Assembly: GCF_006345805.1 (NCBI RefSeq)
Contig: NC_043011.1
Coordinates: 21,836,464 to 21,900,463, forward strand
Length of the DNA: 64,000 nt
Source of the DNA: Octopus sinensis
Lineage: Eukaryota
Reading direction: 5' to 3'
The notes under the pieces are model-generated. The model ran no database searches. It saw nothing but the letters and a program-made list of their open reading frames with translations, and was not told the origin of the DNA. Positions 51,653 through 64,000 of this stretch are shown piece after piece. Each line of letters opens with the position of its first letter. Position 1 is the first letter of the stretch. The position numbers were made by a program, and so were the translations under genes.

Positions 51653-52678
51653 AATGGTACAATGATATAGTCATCATCATCTTAATGTCCACTTTTTCAT
51701 GCTCACATGGGTCAGATGAAATTTGTTGAGGTAGATTTTTCTACACCCAGATGTCCTTCCTGTCACCAACCTTCACCTGCTTTCAAGTGAGGTAATATTT
51801 CCCCACCTTAATAATAATAATAATCCTTTGTACTACAGTGGGAGGCGGGTAAGTCAATTATATCAACCCCAGTATTCAACTGGTACTTATTTCATTGACC
51901 CGAAAGGATGAAAGATAAAGTCAATCTCAGCAGCATTTGAAGTTGGAATATAAAGCTGGGGAAAATACTGCTAAGCATTTTGCCCAGTGCAGTAATAATT
52001 CTGCCAGCTTGTTACCTTTAATAATAACAACGACAACTACACATACATATTGATCAAGTACATGTCACTTATTTTCCCAGATAGTACACCTGCCTTATGA
52101 AGCTTTGTTATGCTTCCAAAGAACTCATATTGCCAGGTTTACAGGTGTGTATGAGCACATGGTACTTTGTTTTGTATGCTAGTCACCTCAGTTTCTGTTC
52201 CTGTTAGTTACTATATATATTGACCTATAAAGGTTATTGACCTATGAAGTTATATAAAATACCAGTTCTTGTCATAGTTTAAAATAACTAAATGTAAGTA
52301 TGAAAAAGAAAATAGTGGTGAAAATTCAAATTTATTTACAAAGTGATTTTTTTTTTATCATTGGTTTTATGTGATTGTGGTTAAAAAAATATAATCTTAA
52401 GTAAGGTTGAAATGATTCTGTAGATATTTAGAATTTTGCAAGTCTTAGGAACAGGTTTTATATCTTTGTGAACTTAGTTTTCATATGCTAATGATATAAA
52501 TTATGAGGAGCATGTGTAACTGGATAGACATGCTGTTTTATATGCAAATAAATGGCCTCCTTTAATTATAAGGAAAGATTCACCCCATAGATTTCTCTGA
52601 ATTTCTTGTTGTTTTTGGCATTAATTTTATTTATTTTACTTTCAGAGTTTTAAACATAATTTTAGCTAGATAAATCAA

Positions 52679-52913
52679 CCCTTTTACTGCAGAAAGATAT
52701 ATCCACTCAAAATTTTATTACCTTTAACTGCAGAGAGTAATTTTATATATCTATCTATCTTTTGCAGAATGTTATGTTTAAAACTATTTTCACTAGTATA
52801 TGTCAAGTTTATTGAGGCAACTAACTTGCAGAAAATACCAATTTTTATTTTTTGGTAAATATTTAACATCATTACTAGGACAACCATGAAATTTTATTCT
52901 GCAGTTAAAAGGG
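52679..52913. mobile_element. piggyBac-type MITE
   Basis: CCCTTTTACTGCAGAA / TTCTGCAGTTAAAAGGG termini, with degenerate TTAA flanks. Confidence 0.55.
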
Positions 52914-55900
52914 TAAAGCAAATATATCATAAGCACTTGGTATTATCTGAATTTTACTGTTGTTCACCTTTAATCTCTTATCAGTGTTGTTATATATGCT
53001 GTTAGAAAAAATAAGGCTTGGTCTCAACAATTTCAAATTAAACCATAACAAATTTAGTTTGAATATAACCTCATCTTAATATGTTGGAAGTTCAGGGGGA
53101 TTTCTTTCAAAATATAGTTGATATTTGCAATAATTTGAAACTTAATATAACATGTTAAATAAAGTCAGTTTTATAAATGACTTTTTAAAGGAGATGCAAA
53201 ATCAAGGAAGTTTTGTGTCAGATTTTCTGCAGTATTACCTGATGGTAGAAAATTATCATAAATCTATGTTCTGAGTTCAAATTCTGCCATGACTGACTTT
53301 GTATTTCATCCTTTCTGAGTCAATAAAATGACTCCCCCAAAACTGCTTGCCTTTCGTCAAAATTAAACCAATATTTCCCTATGACCAGATATGTTTTCAC
53401 AAAAGGTTGGAATTGAAGGATGACAGTGACTTTCATTTACAATTATCATATAAAGTCAAGGCAAAAAGACAGTACAAACTAACCTTCACTAATGTCATTT
53501 TGTATGTTGCAAGATTTCTTTTCAAATACTGTCTGATTTAATTTCGTATACTACGAGTCTTTCATATATTGCCAAATTTTATTTCATATATTACAAGATT
53601 TTATTTCACATACTACTTGGTTTTGTTCCATGTTATTGTCAGGCTTAATGAAATAAGTTACAAAAATAAAATTCAAAATTTATATTTGCCACTGAAATCT
53701 GCTAATTATCAACAATTTGGCTGAATTTCTAAACAAATTTTTGAATCCAGTAATACTGGGATTAGTTTTCATGACTAACTTCTGTATATGCAGTTTCATG
53801 GAAAAGCAATACAAGGAAGATTTAGTTATTGCTTGTTCTAGATCCTAGTGTTTAGAATTATTGCTTTAGGTGAAATTCAAGATATTGCTGGCATACATGA
53901 ATTAAAAAGAACCAAGTGCTACTTTTATATCAGCAAAACATAATTAAATAAAATTATAGATACATAAAAACATAAAAAATATTTCCTTTAATGATTACTC
54001 TGTTGTTTAGCTCTCGACTCTGATCAAGCAGACCTATGTTCAAAGGTGTTCCAGTTATAACTGTCCTTTCTTGACTTATTGCTAACACCTGAGCAATCAT
54101 GTCTGTGAAGTGGATGTTTGCTGTTAGGGTTGCCTTTTGACTATCATATCTAAAATATTATATTACTTATTTGCCATCAGCTTCCAGTGTTGTCTACTTG
54201 ACAAAGAGAAGCTGTTTGTCATATCTGAGAATGTTGCTTTCACATCTCAGTTGGTATGTCCCAAGTCCAGCATCCTTGATCCCACTCATCCATAAAGAAG
54301 AGAAAAAAATGTTACACTGATTTTGGTAATGTTTGAATGAAACAAGTCATCAGCATGTAGTTAAAGATAGTAGTAAGATTTAATTGACATAGTTGATTGT
54401 TTTCAAAAATGATTATGTTAAATGATGATAATAATGAAAAATTTAAACCCCATAATAAATTTTCTTTCTATTTTACCAATTTTGTTAAGTGCCCTTTCTT
54501 CTTGAAATTCACTGGCCCTACCCCAGTTTAATTTTATATAAGAGCTTTGTGATTCCCTGACTTAGCATATTTTACCATTCATTCGCCCTCTTGCTCTCCA
54601 TAAAATTCTGTGAAGTCCATATATTCTTAAAAGAAAAAGTGGGGAAAAGGCAAAATTTGATATTAAAAAAGAGGACAAAATGGAACAGAAGGGAATTTTG
54701 TTGCAATTTATTATCATTAATTTTACTTCAATACGAAAGTTTACACTCTTTGTTTTTAATATCATGTAAATATTGATTAGAAATACATTAGTTTATTACC
54801 AAAAACTAATAAAATATTGATTATTCTAGGCTCAGACATGTTTTGCCAACAACAATCAATTATATGTTCCTTTTTTTACTTTTTGTTTCATGCAATATGT
54901 TGTTCAGTTTTTTTTATAGTTTACTCTACCATTCATGTTTTTACACTATGTATTGTATTGGTATTGAGTTATTTTACTTTTATAAATGAATATCATTGTC
55001 TCGGTGATACTATGTAATTTACTAACATGTTAAGTTGTTGCATCTGCCTGAGGTCTTTTTAGTGTGTAAACACACACACACCCACACATACATACATGTG
55101 TTTCTATAATGAAATATATATATAGAGATAGATAGATAAATAAATTGATATATAGATAGGTATTTACACACATATTTCTATAATATATATATATATATAT
55201 ATATATTGTAATGGATTTTCCTCATTTTCAATTATTAGTGTTCAGTTAATCAACCAATTGAGCTACCTACTCATTGTATTTGTGAGTAAGTAGTTGAATG
55301 TTCCTCAAGCTTGTGTACTTTCAATGCAATCCTGAGTCAGAATCGGTGTGATGCAATGTGCATAGCAAGCCTGGATCTTTTTTTATTACAAATGCAATCC
55401 ATCCAATGGTCTTCCAAACAGCTACATACTCACAGAGAGAGAGAGAGAGAGAATGTGATAGAGATAGAGAGAGTGAGAGAGGTAGGGAGAGTGAGATAGT
55501 GGGATAGAGTTTTAGTGGGATAAAGAGAAAGAAAGAGAGAAAGAAAGAGAGAAAGAGAGAGAGAGCAAATCAAATAAATAGAACATCAAAAAAGGATGAA
55601 CAAGGACACATTTTTTCCTCATTAGCTGTTGACTGAAGTTCTTCAGTTTTGATACTTAACAACAGTACTGCTAACTTCTGTGTACCTGTAGATTTAAAGA
55701 AAAATTCTACTAGGGAAAGGTGTAGTTAAAATAGGACAATAACAAAGGATTGGGACAACAGACATAGGACAACGCATTTACAATATCACAAGATAAGACT
55801 ACAATAAGTATGAGAATAAATGAAAAAAAACTATGTATGACAAATACTTAGGTGTATCAAAGCTTAACTTAAATGATATGCAACCGGAAAATAATACTTT

Positions 55901-56864
55901 TTTGAACTTTTACTAAGACAAAGTAGAGCATAACAAAGTATTAAACATACAGCAAAACTCTTTCAACTAAAGTATAACAGAACAGACGATGCGAGGACAT
56001 GTACATAACACGGAAGAAAAAATAGATAATTTTATGTTAGCCCTTGAATGAAGATAAAGAAGACAGCAAAAAACTAAGTGATAGAAACATGGTTGATTTT
56101 GAAAATGAACAGAGCACATGAAAAGGAATGGCTTATGGCAGTAACTTCAATGTGGCCTTCCAGTATAAAAATATATTTCTCCACCACTGTTTTAGATAAG
56201 TATACTAGTGTCATGATGCTATGATTTTATATCAAACTTTTATTTTCACAATTTTGTGATTTTAGATCAGTGGTGGGGGATCTATGGCCTTCTGAAATAA
56301 ATAAATTTGAAGGAAAATTATTATTCTGGTATATATTTTTGTTAAGTTGAAAAGACAAGCTTCAAATTAAATAATTGCAAATTTTAGAAACTACCATTTG
56401 TATTTCTTTATCTACTTTTAATTACTATTGATATGAACTGTAGCCTTGTATGCACAATGATTTGTCATCATGTGTACTCTTTTAGAGACAGCTGTAGATA
56501 CTTAATATTTAAGCACACTAAGCATGACAAAAAGAAAATTGCTTCTAAAGATTTAGGGTACTAGTTTAAAAAACTAGAATTTCTTCAGTCTTAATCTCTG
56601 AAGGCCTATAGAGCACTCTGTTCATGAATATTACTTCTACTGTTAATTATGCAATACATTTCTTTTGATTTACACACAGTAAGAGATTAACATATATTAT
56701 GTTTTTTTATGAATCGCTCAGTATTCCTGTATTCAACAGTAGTGTTATCTTTCATATATTAACTTCAATCCAAGGTTTCTAGTTTCAACCCTATTATGTC
56801 AAATATAATACTTTTGTCAATAACCAGGATGTGTTTATCTCTCTCCCCCCCCCTCTCTCTCTCT

Positions 56865-56906
<42 letters not shown>

Positions 56907-57014
56907 GTATATTAGTTGGGTTTTCTTTGTGTTATTTGGGATTTCAAAAAGTGATTTTAAGTCATGTTGTAGCCTGATTCATATAAAAAATATTGATATT
57001 ATTGTTATAATTGG

Positions 57015-57264
57015 GGATGGTCATATTTTTTTGCCAATTAAACACATGCACTATATACTTGGTCTTTACTTCAGCTTTATCATTATTATTTTAGTGTCCT
57101 TGTCTAAGCTCTTTCGTCACACATCCTGAGATAAAGAGTCACTGATGCAATCACAGGATGTGTGATGAAAGAGCTTAGACCAAGACACTAAAATAATAAT
57201 AGTGATCTGAAGGGAAGACTGAGTATATAGTGCGTGTGTTTAATTGGCAAAAATATAACCATCC
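57015..57264. repeat. Foldback element (~112-bp arms, 25-nt spacer) with a hammerhead relic
   Basis: 57015-57128 is reverse-complementary to 57154-57264 (~85% by eye). Confidence 0.85.
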
Positions 57265-57903
57265 TCAAGTATAACAATATCTGTTTTAACATATGATTTC
57301 ATATCAGGAATCTTGCAAAACAAATACATAACCATAATTAATATTATTGTTTAGTTTCATAATACTCAAAACCAAGAATATTACTTATTAATGTTTATAA
57401 AGGTTACTGCTGTTTTCTGTGTTAATGAAATGAATTTTGCCTTCTGTATATAACACTAAATTCAGTTTTGTATTACTTTGAATGTATTTTCAAGACATTG
57501 AACGCAATAGTTTTCAATATTACAACATTATTGTATCACCACTACCGTAGATCTTAAATTTAATAGATACAGTGAACCCAATTTAATCTGAATTTTACTG
57601 GAAGAAAACAAACAAATTATAATTGTAATTAAAATTTTAAGATAAGCTTAAAAGTGTACAACAATGACAACTTTGTACACTGTGCCATCGTTCAAGTGTG
57701 AGACTTACCATCTACACATGTTTTTACAAATGTAATTTTAATTACTATGATATCAGGCTGATAATCATGATGTAATCTATGTAGGCTATGGGTAAGATTT
57801 AAGTATGTATTGTGATATTTATTTTTGACAGTTTGCTCAGTAAAGGATAATGATGTAGTACAGTTGTTTTGTGTAATTCCAAACTTGTTTGTTTACATAT
57901 ATA

Positions 57904-58104
57904 CGGGGCTGCTGAAAAGTTCCTGGCTTTAAGGACATCATAAAAGGCCTGGTTGGAGGCCCAACTTTCCATATTCTTTTACAGGGCTTAGAAAAACTAA
58001 AGGACTGCTGCAATAAGTGTGTGAATCTGAGAGGGGAATATGTTGAATAAAATCTTCCTGTATTTTCTCTTACCCAAAGCCAGGAACTTTTCAGTCCCCT
58101 CTCG
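57904..58104 (+). mobile_element. Mariner-derived MITE (201 bp)
   Basis: 19-bp perfect inverted core CTGAAAAGTTCCTGGCTTT (57912-57930 / 58076-58094), TA on the left. The interior encodes GLEKLKDCCNKCVNLRGEYVE*, a mariner transposase C-terminus. Confidence 0.8.
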
Positions 58105-61100
58105 TGAAGCCAGAATTAAGTTAATTATTCAATTTAATCAAAAGTTGAAAATTATTATATATTTCTTGATGAGTTATGGTAATGAATGGTTAGTCATCGG
58201 TAAATGAATTACTATGACCAGTTTTTAATGCAAAAACCTAAATATTGCCTCTCAGAAAAAAAATATGTGTCCAAATACCCATTACATTCAGTTTCAAAAT
58301 GCCTCTGAAATTTGTTAAATTTCAAACATTTCTTGGGGATGGTAAGTGTCCACCAGCTGTAGGAGTTCACTGCATTCCCTTGGTTTCACCCCTCTCTATG
58401 GGTAAGACATGTACAAATATTTACAATCTATGGTCAGCTACACTACAAACAGTGATATCATCATTTGTAGCTGTGCTGCAGGTTGTGATGTCACTGTTTT
58501 AGCTGCAAATAGTGATATTTGTTTACATCTGTTAACGAATCATGTGTTAACTCCACACTTTTTAAATCCTTTGAAACTAAATTTCCTTATTTGTAAAAAC
58601 AGATAAAAGCTGGCAACAAGAAGGGTGTCTAACTTTAAAAATCCTGCCTCAAGTAGCTTTTCATCTGACCCTTGCTAGGAAGGAGAAACAAATATTAAAG
58701 AAATTAAGGAATTATGTATGTATATGTATTTCATCTGTACATACATATATTCATCCAAGTGACCACAACTGAGTTGTGTTTTGCTATACCATGCTGGGAA
58801 TTTGTCCCCCATTAGCACAAGTCCAAAGACATTTCACTCATCTCTACTACTGTTGCTCAGCGCAGGATAGGTTTTGCTGACCACTGTTACCATGCTGGAC
58901 ACCAAGCTGTACAAGATTTTATATTTTGAAGACTTCTACAGCCTAATGAAGGATGAAGATCATTCAAATACATTGTTATTGACATATGTAATTTTCTCCT
59001 AATGTTTTTTATGTAACTCAAGAACTATGGAATGAAATCAAATATATAAAGTATTTTACAAACAACATTTATTTACTGATAAATAATTATTTTAAATTAA
59101 ATCTGATGTCTACTTTTGTTCTTTTATTGGTTTTTAGTCAATGAGCTGTAACTACGCTGGGTTACTGGCTTCAAATATTTAGTAGATCATACCAATCCTT
59201 GCACATATTTTTAAATCTGGTACTTATTTTAACAAACAGTTCATTAAACTACTAAGTTACAGATCAGTGTTAGGCAATGTGAATATAAATAGACATTTCT
59301 ATATATATATATTGTTTATATTACAGGCACAAGCATGGTTGTGACTTTAATAAGTTCACTTTACAACCAGGTTTTGTCCCACTATGTAGCATACTGGACA
59401 TGTTCCTTTAACTAAAACCCCAAGCCAATCCTAGGTTTGTGGGTGCAATTTATAGATAGAAACTGTATGGAAGCCTGGCATGTGTGTATGTGTATGAATG
59501 TTTACATTCAGCAATGTCTACATGAAATCACTCAAGCAAAAGTGGCAGCATTATTTTGACTATTCCCTGTCAACAAATCGCCCTTGTTGCTCAACATTTT
59601 TAAAGATGATTGAAATATAAAACGCCTTAGCTGTTTGGCATTCAGATTATTCTGTCAAATGTAATGCTTATTTATTCATATTGTTTTGAATTAATTATGC
59701 ATTATCTTGCAGCTTCAAGATTTCAGTGATGTGCTTGTTTATTTTTAGAATGACTTTGTAGGGGAGGTGCAAGGGGTTAGATCTGACAAGTTTGAACCTA
59801 AAACACATTGAATATTTGGGCCTGATATGATTGGTTCAAATGCTAATGGGTTAAATGAAAAAATGGCTATGGGTTAGTAGTAGGAAGAGTATTTAGATTT
59901 AAAACAATACTGCAGTAATAAGTATTCTTTCAACTCCTGCTAGCACGATAAAACAGATCTTAAACAATTGAACAAACAATGAATGCTATTATATTACAAT
60001 CTTTTATAATCAGTCTATTATTATCTATTGAGAGTGGCAGCTGGCTAAATTTTTAAGAAGGTGGACTCTAATTAAGAGCCCTTCTGTTAGCACCACAGCC
60101 ATAGATGCAGTACTGTGTATTGTTAAATAAGCTTGGTAGACAGTGTAAATTACAATTTTTTTTTTTTATTGTTGAGGAATTATATAGTTGGAGAGTTTTT
60201 TGTTATTTGTGATATTAAGTTGAAATTCTTACATGAATGTTACCCAGAATGGATTCACTATATGAAGATATGAAGGTAGAAGTCATGGTTCTATAACCTA
60301 ATGAATTGTGAGATGCACTTTCAGTGCCAGCATTAGTTGGCTGAATCTGGTGTACTAAATTCTCTCAAGCTATTTTAGTCATTTGACAATTTTCTGGTAG
60401 ATTGATTTCTCAGAAGAATCAAGAAAATGGCAAACTATTTTAAGTCTTCTTTGATGTGCCATCATGAATCAACCAATAACATCCTTACACCAGCTGAGTG
60501 TCCATTGTTGTCTAACTATTCTTGTGGGAAGCATTTTCTCTATAATAAATATATAATCAAACTATTTTATTGATCTTCAGCAATTTGAATTTATATTTAA
60601 CCCTTTTGTTACCATATTTAGGTTAAAATACACTACCTTGTCTTTCAATTAATTGTGAAAATAATGGAAAAGTTAAAAAAATACTTTGTCCTTAGTAATT
60701 TGTGTTCCTTTGGAATATAAATTAACATGTAAATTTAATTGAAGGTTTGAATTTAGATGTCTTTGAAAAATGGAATTGCAAAGTTTAGATAATACCTAGG
60801 AGGTAAATTTTACTCAGTGATTCTTTTTAATGATATATTTAAAGGAGGATAACATAAAATACTGTAAAAGACATATGTGAAATATGTCACTTAAGTAATG
60901 AAAAAAAACTGATTATAACAGCGACTCCATCTAAGAATATCTGAAGAAGGAATATAATTTCGAAATATCATATCAGACTATGGATAATTAAATTACAACA
61001 GGTAAATAGCCCATTGTCTATATTATAGTGCATTGTTGTACCATTCAAAACATTTTATTCTTTATAAGATTTTTTGAATAAAATTTACTTTCTAGACAGA

Positions 61101-62067
61101 CATCCAAAAAAGTCAGTCACTTTATGGCTACTCAAATAACTTCCCAAGATTGATGGATGATATTAATCTAGGGGGTCTAGTTGAGAAGCTTGTATCCTAA
61201 CTACTTAGCTTCAGGTTCAGTCCCACTGCATGTCATCTTTGGTAAGTGTCTTCTACTATATATAACTCCAGACTGACAATGCTTTGTAAGTGAATTTAGT
61301 AGACAGAAACTGTGTGGAAGCCTATCGTGTGTGTGTGTGTGTGCACGCACATGCGCATGTGTGTGCATTTTGTCTGCTTATTCCCCCACCCATTGCATAA
61401 TGGGGATGACCAATAAAATAAATACCAGATTTTAAAAAAATTGGAGTTGATTTGTTTGACTAAACCTGTCAAGGAGGCACTCCAGTATGGCCACAGTCCA
61501 ATCACTAAAATTAAAACAAGTAAAAGATAAAAGATAACAATGAAGAGCTATTTATTTGTACACAGATTGGCAGGGAAAGTAGCCAACATTTCAATTACTC
61601 ACTTTGTGCTATTACTACTACTACTACTGCTGCTGCTGCTATTTATTATAGTACTGCTTTCTGATATTTGCTCTCATACATATATGTGTGTGTATATACA
61701 CATATATAAGCAAACCATATGTATGAAAATATGAGAAACCTATTTAAAGGAATTATCACAACTGGATAAGATGGACTTATGTATCCATGAGCAAAGTGTG
61801 AAAACTTCAAAATTTTCCTCCAGATATGTGACGTCTTTGGACAAACTTGTTAGACATCACTGCAGGGGATTAGGTATTAGTTTAGTATGTTGTTTTCTTA
61901 CTGTAGCACAACATGTTCCTTTTGCAATGCATTTAAACTTGTGACTCTCTACTAAATATGAATATATGACAAAATCTAAGAATTAGGTATTCATTTAGGG
62001 TGTTGTTTCTTATTGTAACACAATATGTTCCTTTTGCAATGCATTTAAGTTCATGACCCCTTATTCA

Positions 62068-62119
<52 letters not shown>

Positions 62120-62122
<3 letters not shown>

Positions 62123-62459
62123 AGGCACATGGCTCAGTGGTTAAAGCGTCGAGCTTACGATCGTGAAGTTGTGAGCTCGAATCCCGGACTGTGCTGCGTG
62201 TTGTGTTCTTGAGCAAGACACTTTATTTCACGTTACTCCAGTTCACTCAGCTGTAGAAATGAGTTGCGACGTCACTGGTACCAAGCTGTATCAGCCTTTG
62301 CCTTTCCCTTGGATAACACTGGTGGCATGGAGAGGGGAGGCCGGTATGCACGGGCGATTGCTGGTCTTTCATAAACAATCTTGCCCAGACTTGTGCCTGG
62401 GAGTACCTAACCTTCTAGGTGCAATCCCATGGTCTGTGTCATGACCAAAGGGGGTCTCA
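62120..62459 (+). mobile_element. tRNA-derived SINE (family 4)
   Basis: TGGCTCAGTGG A-box and GCTCGAATCCC B-box, followed by a TTCTTGAGCAAGACACTTTA central domain; flanked by (TA)n. Confidence 0.75.
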
Positions 62460-63699
62460 GATATATATATATATGTATGTATATATATGTATATATATAT
62501 ATATATATATGAAAAAAACTAATAAATTGTAAAATAAAAGTCAGACTTATGATAATGTTTCAACCATGCTGATTCTGTCCCCTCTTTCCTTTCCTGTTTT
62601 TTTGTGTTTTTCTTTTTCAACCATTGTGTGTATGTGTATGACTGTGTCCTCCAATGTGCCTATTACTCTCAAGATAATAGGGCTATATTTTGAAGAAGGC
62701 ATGGATGATATTTCTTGCAGGTTGAGCAACAATAACAAACCTATTGTTGGATAATATTTCCAAAAGATCTGGTACTTATACCAAACTGCTAGGTGTATTA
62801 AGGCATGTAAGCATTAATTATACAAACCAAACACAATAAAACCTGCAGATTTTAACTCGGCTATATGAGTATAGCATTTAATTATCAGCTCAAAAGCTGT
62901 CATTTCATTTCTACAATGTTATAAGCCAAAAATCTAAAGATAGGTGTGCTTGTAATCATACATTTGTATGTCAGCTTATGTACATTTTCATGTGATGTTC
63001 ACATGTGCAAAGTTTTCTCTGTACAAATACTACTCTAAGCCTTTTTAAAAAAATCTATTGTGCATTTGTTTCTTTTTAAATATGTTTTTGTTATAGTACT
63101 CACCTTAAGTTGTGAAAATATTTACGTAGTTATTGACATAAGTCATGTTAACTGGATGATTTGCGATAATTTTGTTTTGTTTTCCTTTAAGCATAAATAA
63201 TACTGAAATATTTCCCCAAGTTGAAGTATGTTTGAGTTGTCATTGATATCACAGACATTCATGCACAACAGCAGTAACAGTTCAGGTTTTACTACAGCTG
63301 ATAGTCAATCCTCTTTGGTTAACTGCTAGATTATGTTTTATTTTGGTAACTAGAGCAGAAATACTCTAAATTCAATCCTGTTTAAGTATAGTCAGCTAAC
63401 AAAAAGACTTAAGTCTTGTGTGTGTGTACATGTGTGTATGTGAACATATGTGAAAGTATGCAAGCACATGCACACATGGTGTTAAACTTTTTCAGTGAGG
63501 CTAACTTAGGAATATAATGGCATGGTAAACATGTGTGTGTTGGTTGTAATAATTTAAGAAAAATAGACTTATAGGTTTATGATTTCCAATTTATCTTCAT
63601 CTGTCATCAGAAAGATTTGACAGATGTTTTTAATAATCATTTAAAGAATAGAGGTTCTTGTTTTTTAGTAGTAGTAGTAGTGGTGGTTGTAGTACTTTA

Positions 63700-63741
<42 letters not shown>

Positions 63742-63794
63742 ATACACACACACACCACACACACACACACAACACACACACACACACACACACA

Positions 63795-63825
<31 letters not shown>

Positions 63826-63830
63826 TATAT
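63700..63830 (+). repeat. (CA)n microsatellite
   Basis: Long interrupted CA tract. Confidence 0.95.
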
Positions 63831-64000
63831 ATAACTATGGGTGTTGTTTATGTTGTTATGGAATTTTGTTTAAATTCAGAATTCTAGAGGTGAAGAGACT
63901 GTTGAACTGGAATTTTCAGCTCCGCTAATTCTTTCATCCTTATTATGGTAATAGGAGAAAGCACAAGAAAAGGTAGTCAGACTTAAATGCCATAACCAGT

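Larger units (their letters stand above)
16487..64000 (+). other. Probable VPS13 intron 1 (runs past the window end)
   Basis: Begins GTAAGT. A manual scan found no exon encoding the expected next segments (GxVxLxNL..KExAL, LDxPxxVKxGxIG, IPWKNLY). A 44-nt exon could have been missed by eye. Confidence 0.6.

Noticed and set aside
58291-58341. AG...GATG|GTAAGT candidate exon (FKMPLKFVKFQTFLGD)
   Set aside because: Splice signals are plausible but the peptide does not match the expected VPS13 segments.
1-64000. CRISPR array, operon or other prokaryotic system
   Set aside because: Eukaryotic intron/TE landscape; no repeat-spacer array or gene-dense region.

Overview
AT-rich, microsatellite- and SINE-dense animal genomic DNA. 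The repeat content looks like an octopus or other coleoid cephalopod (inference, not a database match). One host gene is supported: the first coding exon of a VPS13A/C-type gene at 16387-16486 (+; [35 protein letters not shown] donor). I found no second exon in the remaining ~47.5 kb. Everything else is transposon-derived or simple repeat: a full-length dead Hsmar1-like mariner with perfect 23-bp TIRs, two Helitrons with canonical ends, a Penelope-type GIY-YIG fragment, RTE and CR1 LINE fragments, a decayed Gypsy element interrupted by a CR1 fragment, piggyBac- and mariner-type MITEs, many tRNA-derived SINEs and an exact 1024-bp tandem duplication. The most notable signal is a recurring architecture in several unrelated sequence families. 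These are long DNA palindromes whose two arms each carry a minimal type I hammerhead-ribozyme motif (CUGANGA...GAAA, self-complementary helix III, NUH), reading outward from the centre, as known from Penelope-like element termini. Most ORFs in the track are microsatellite artefacts.
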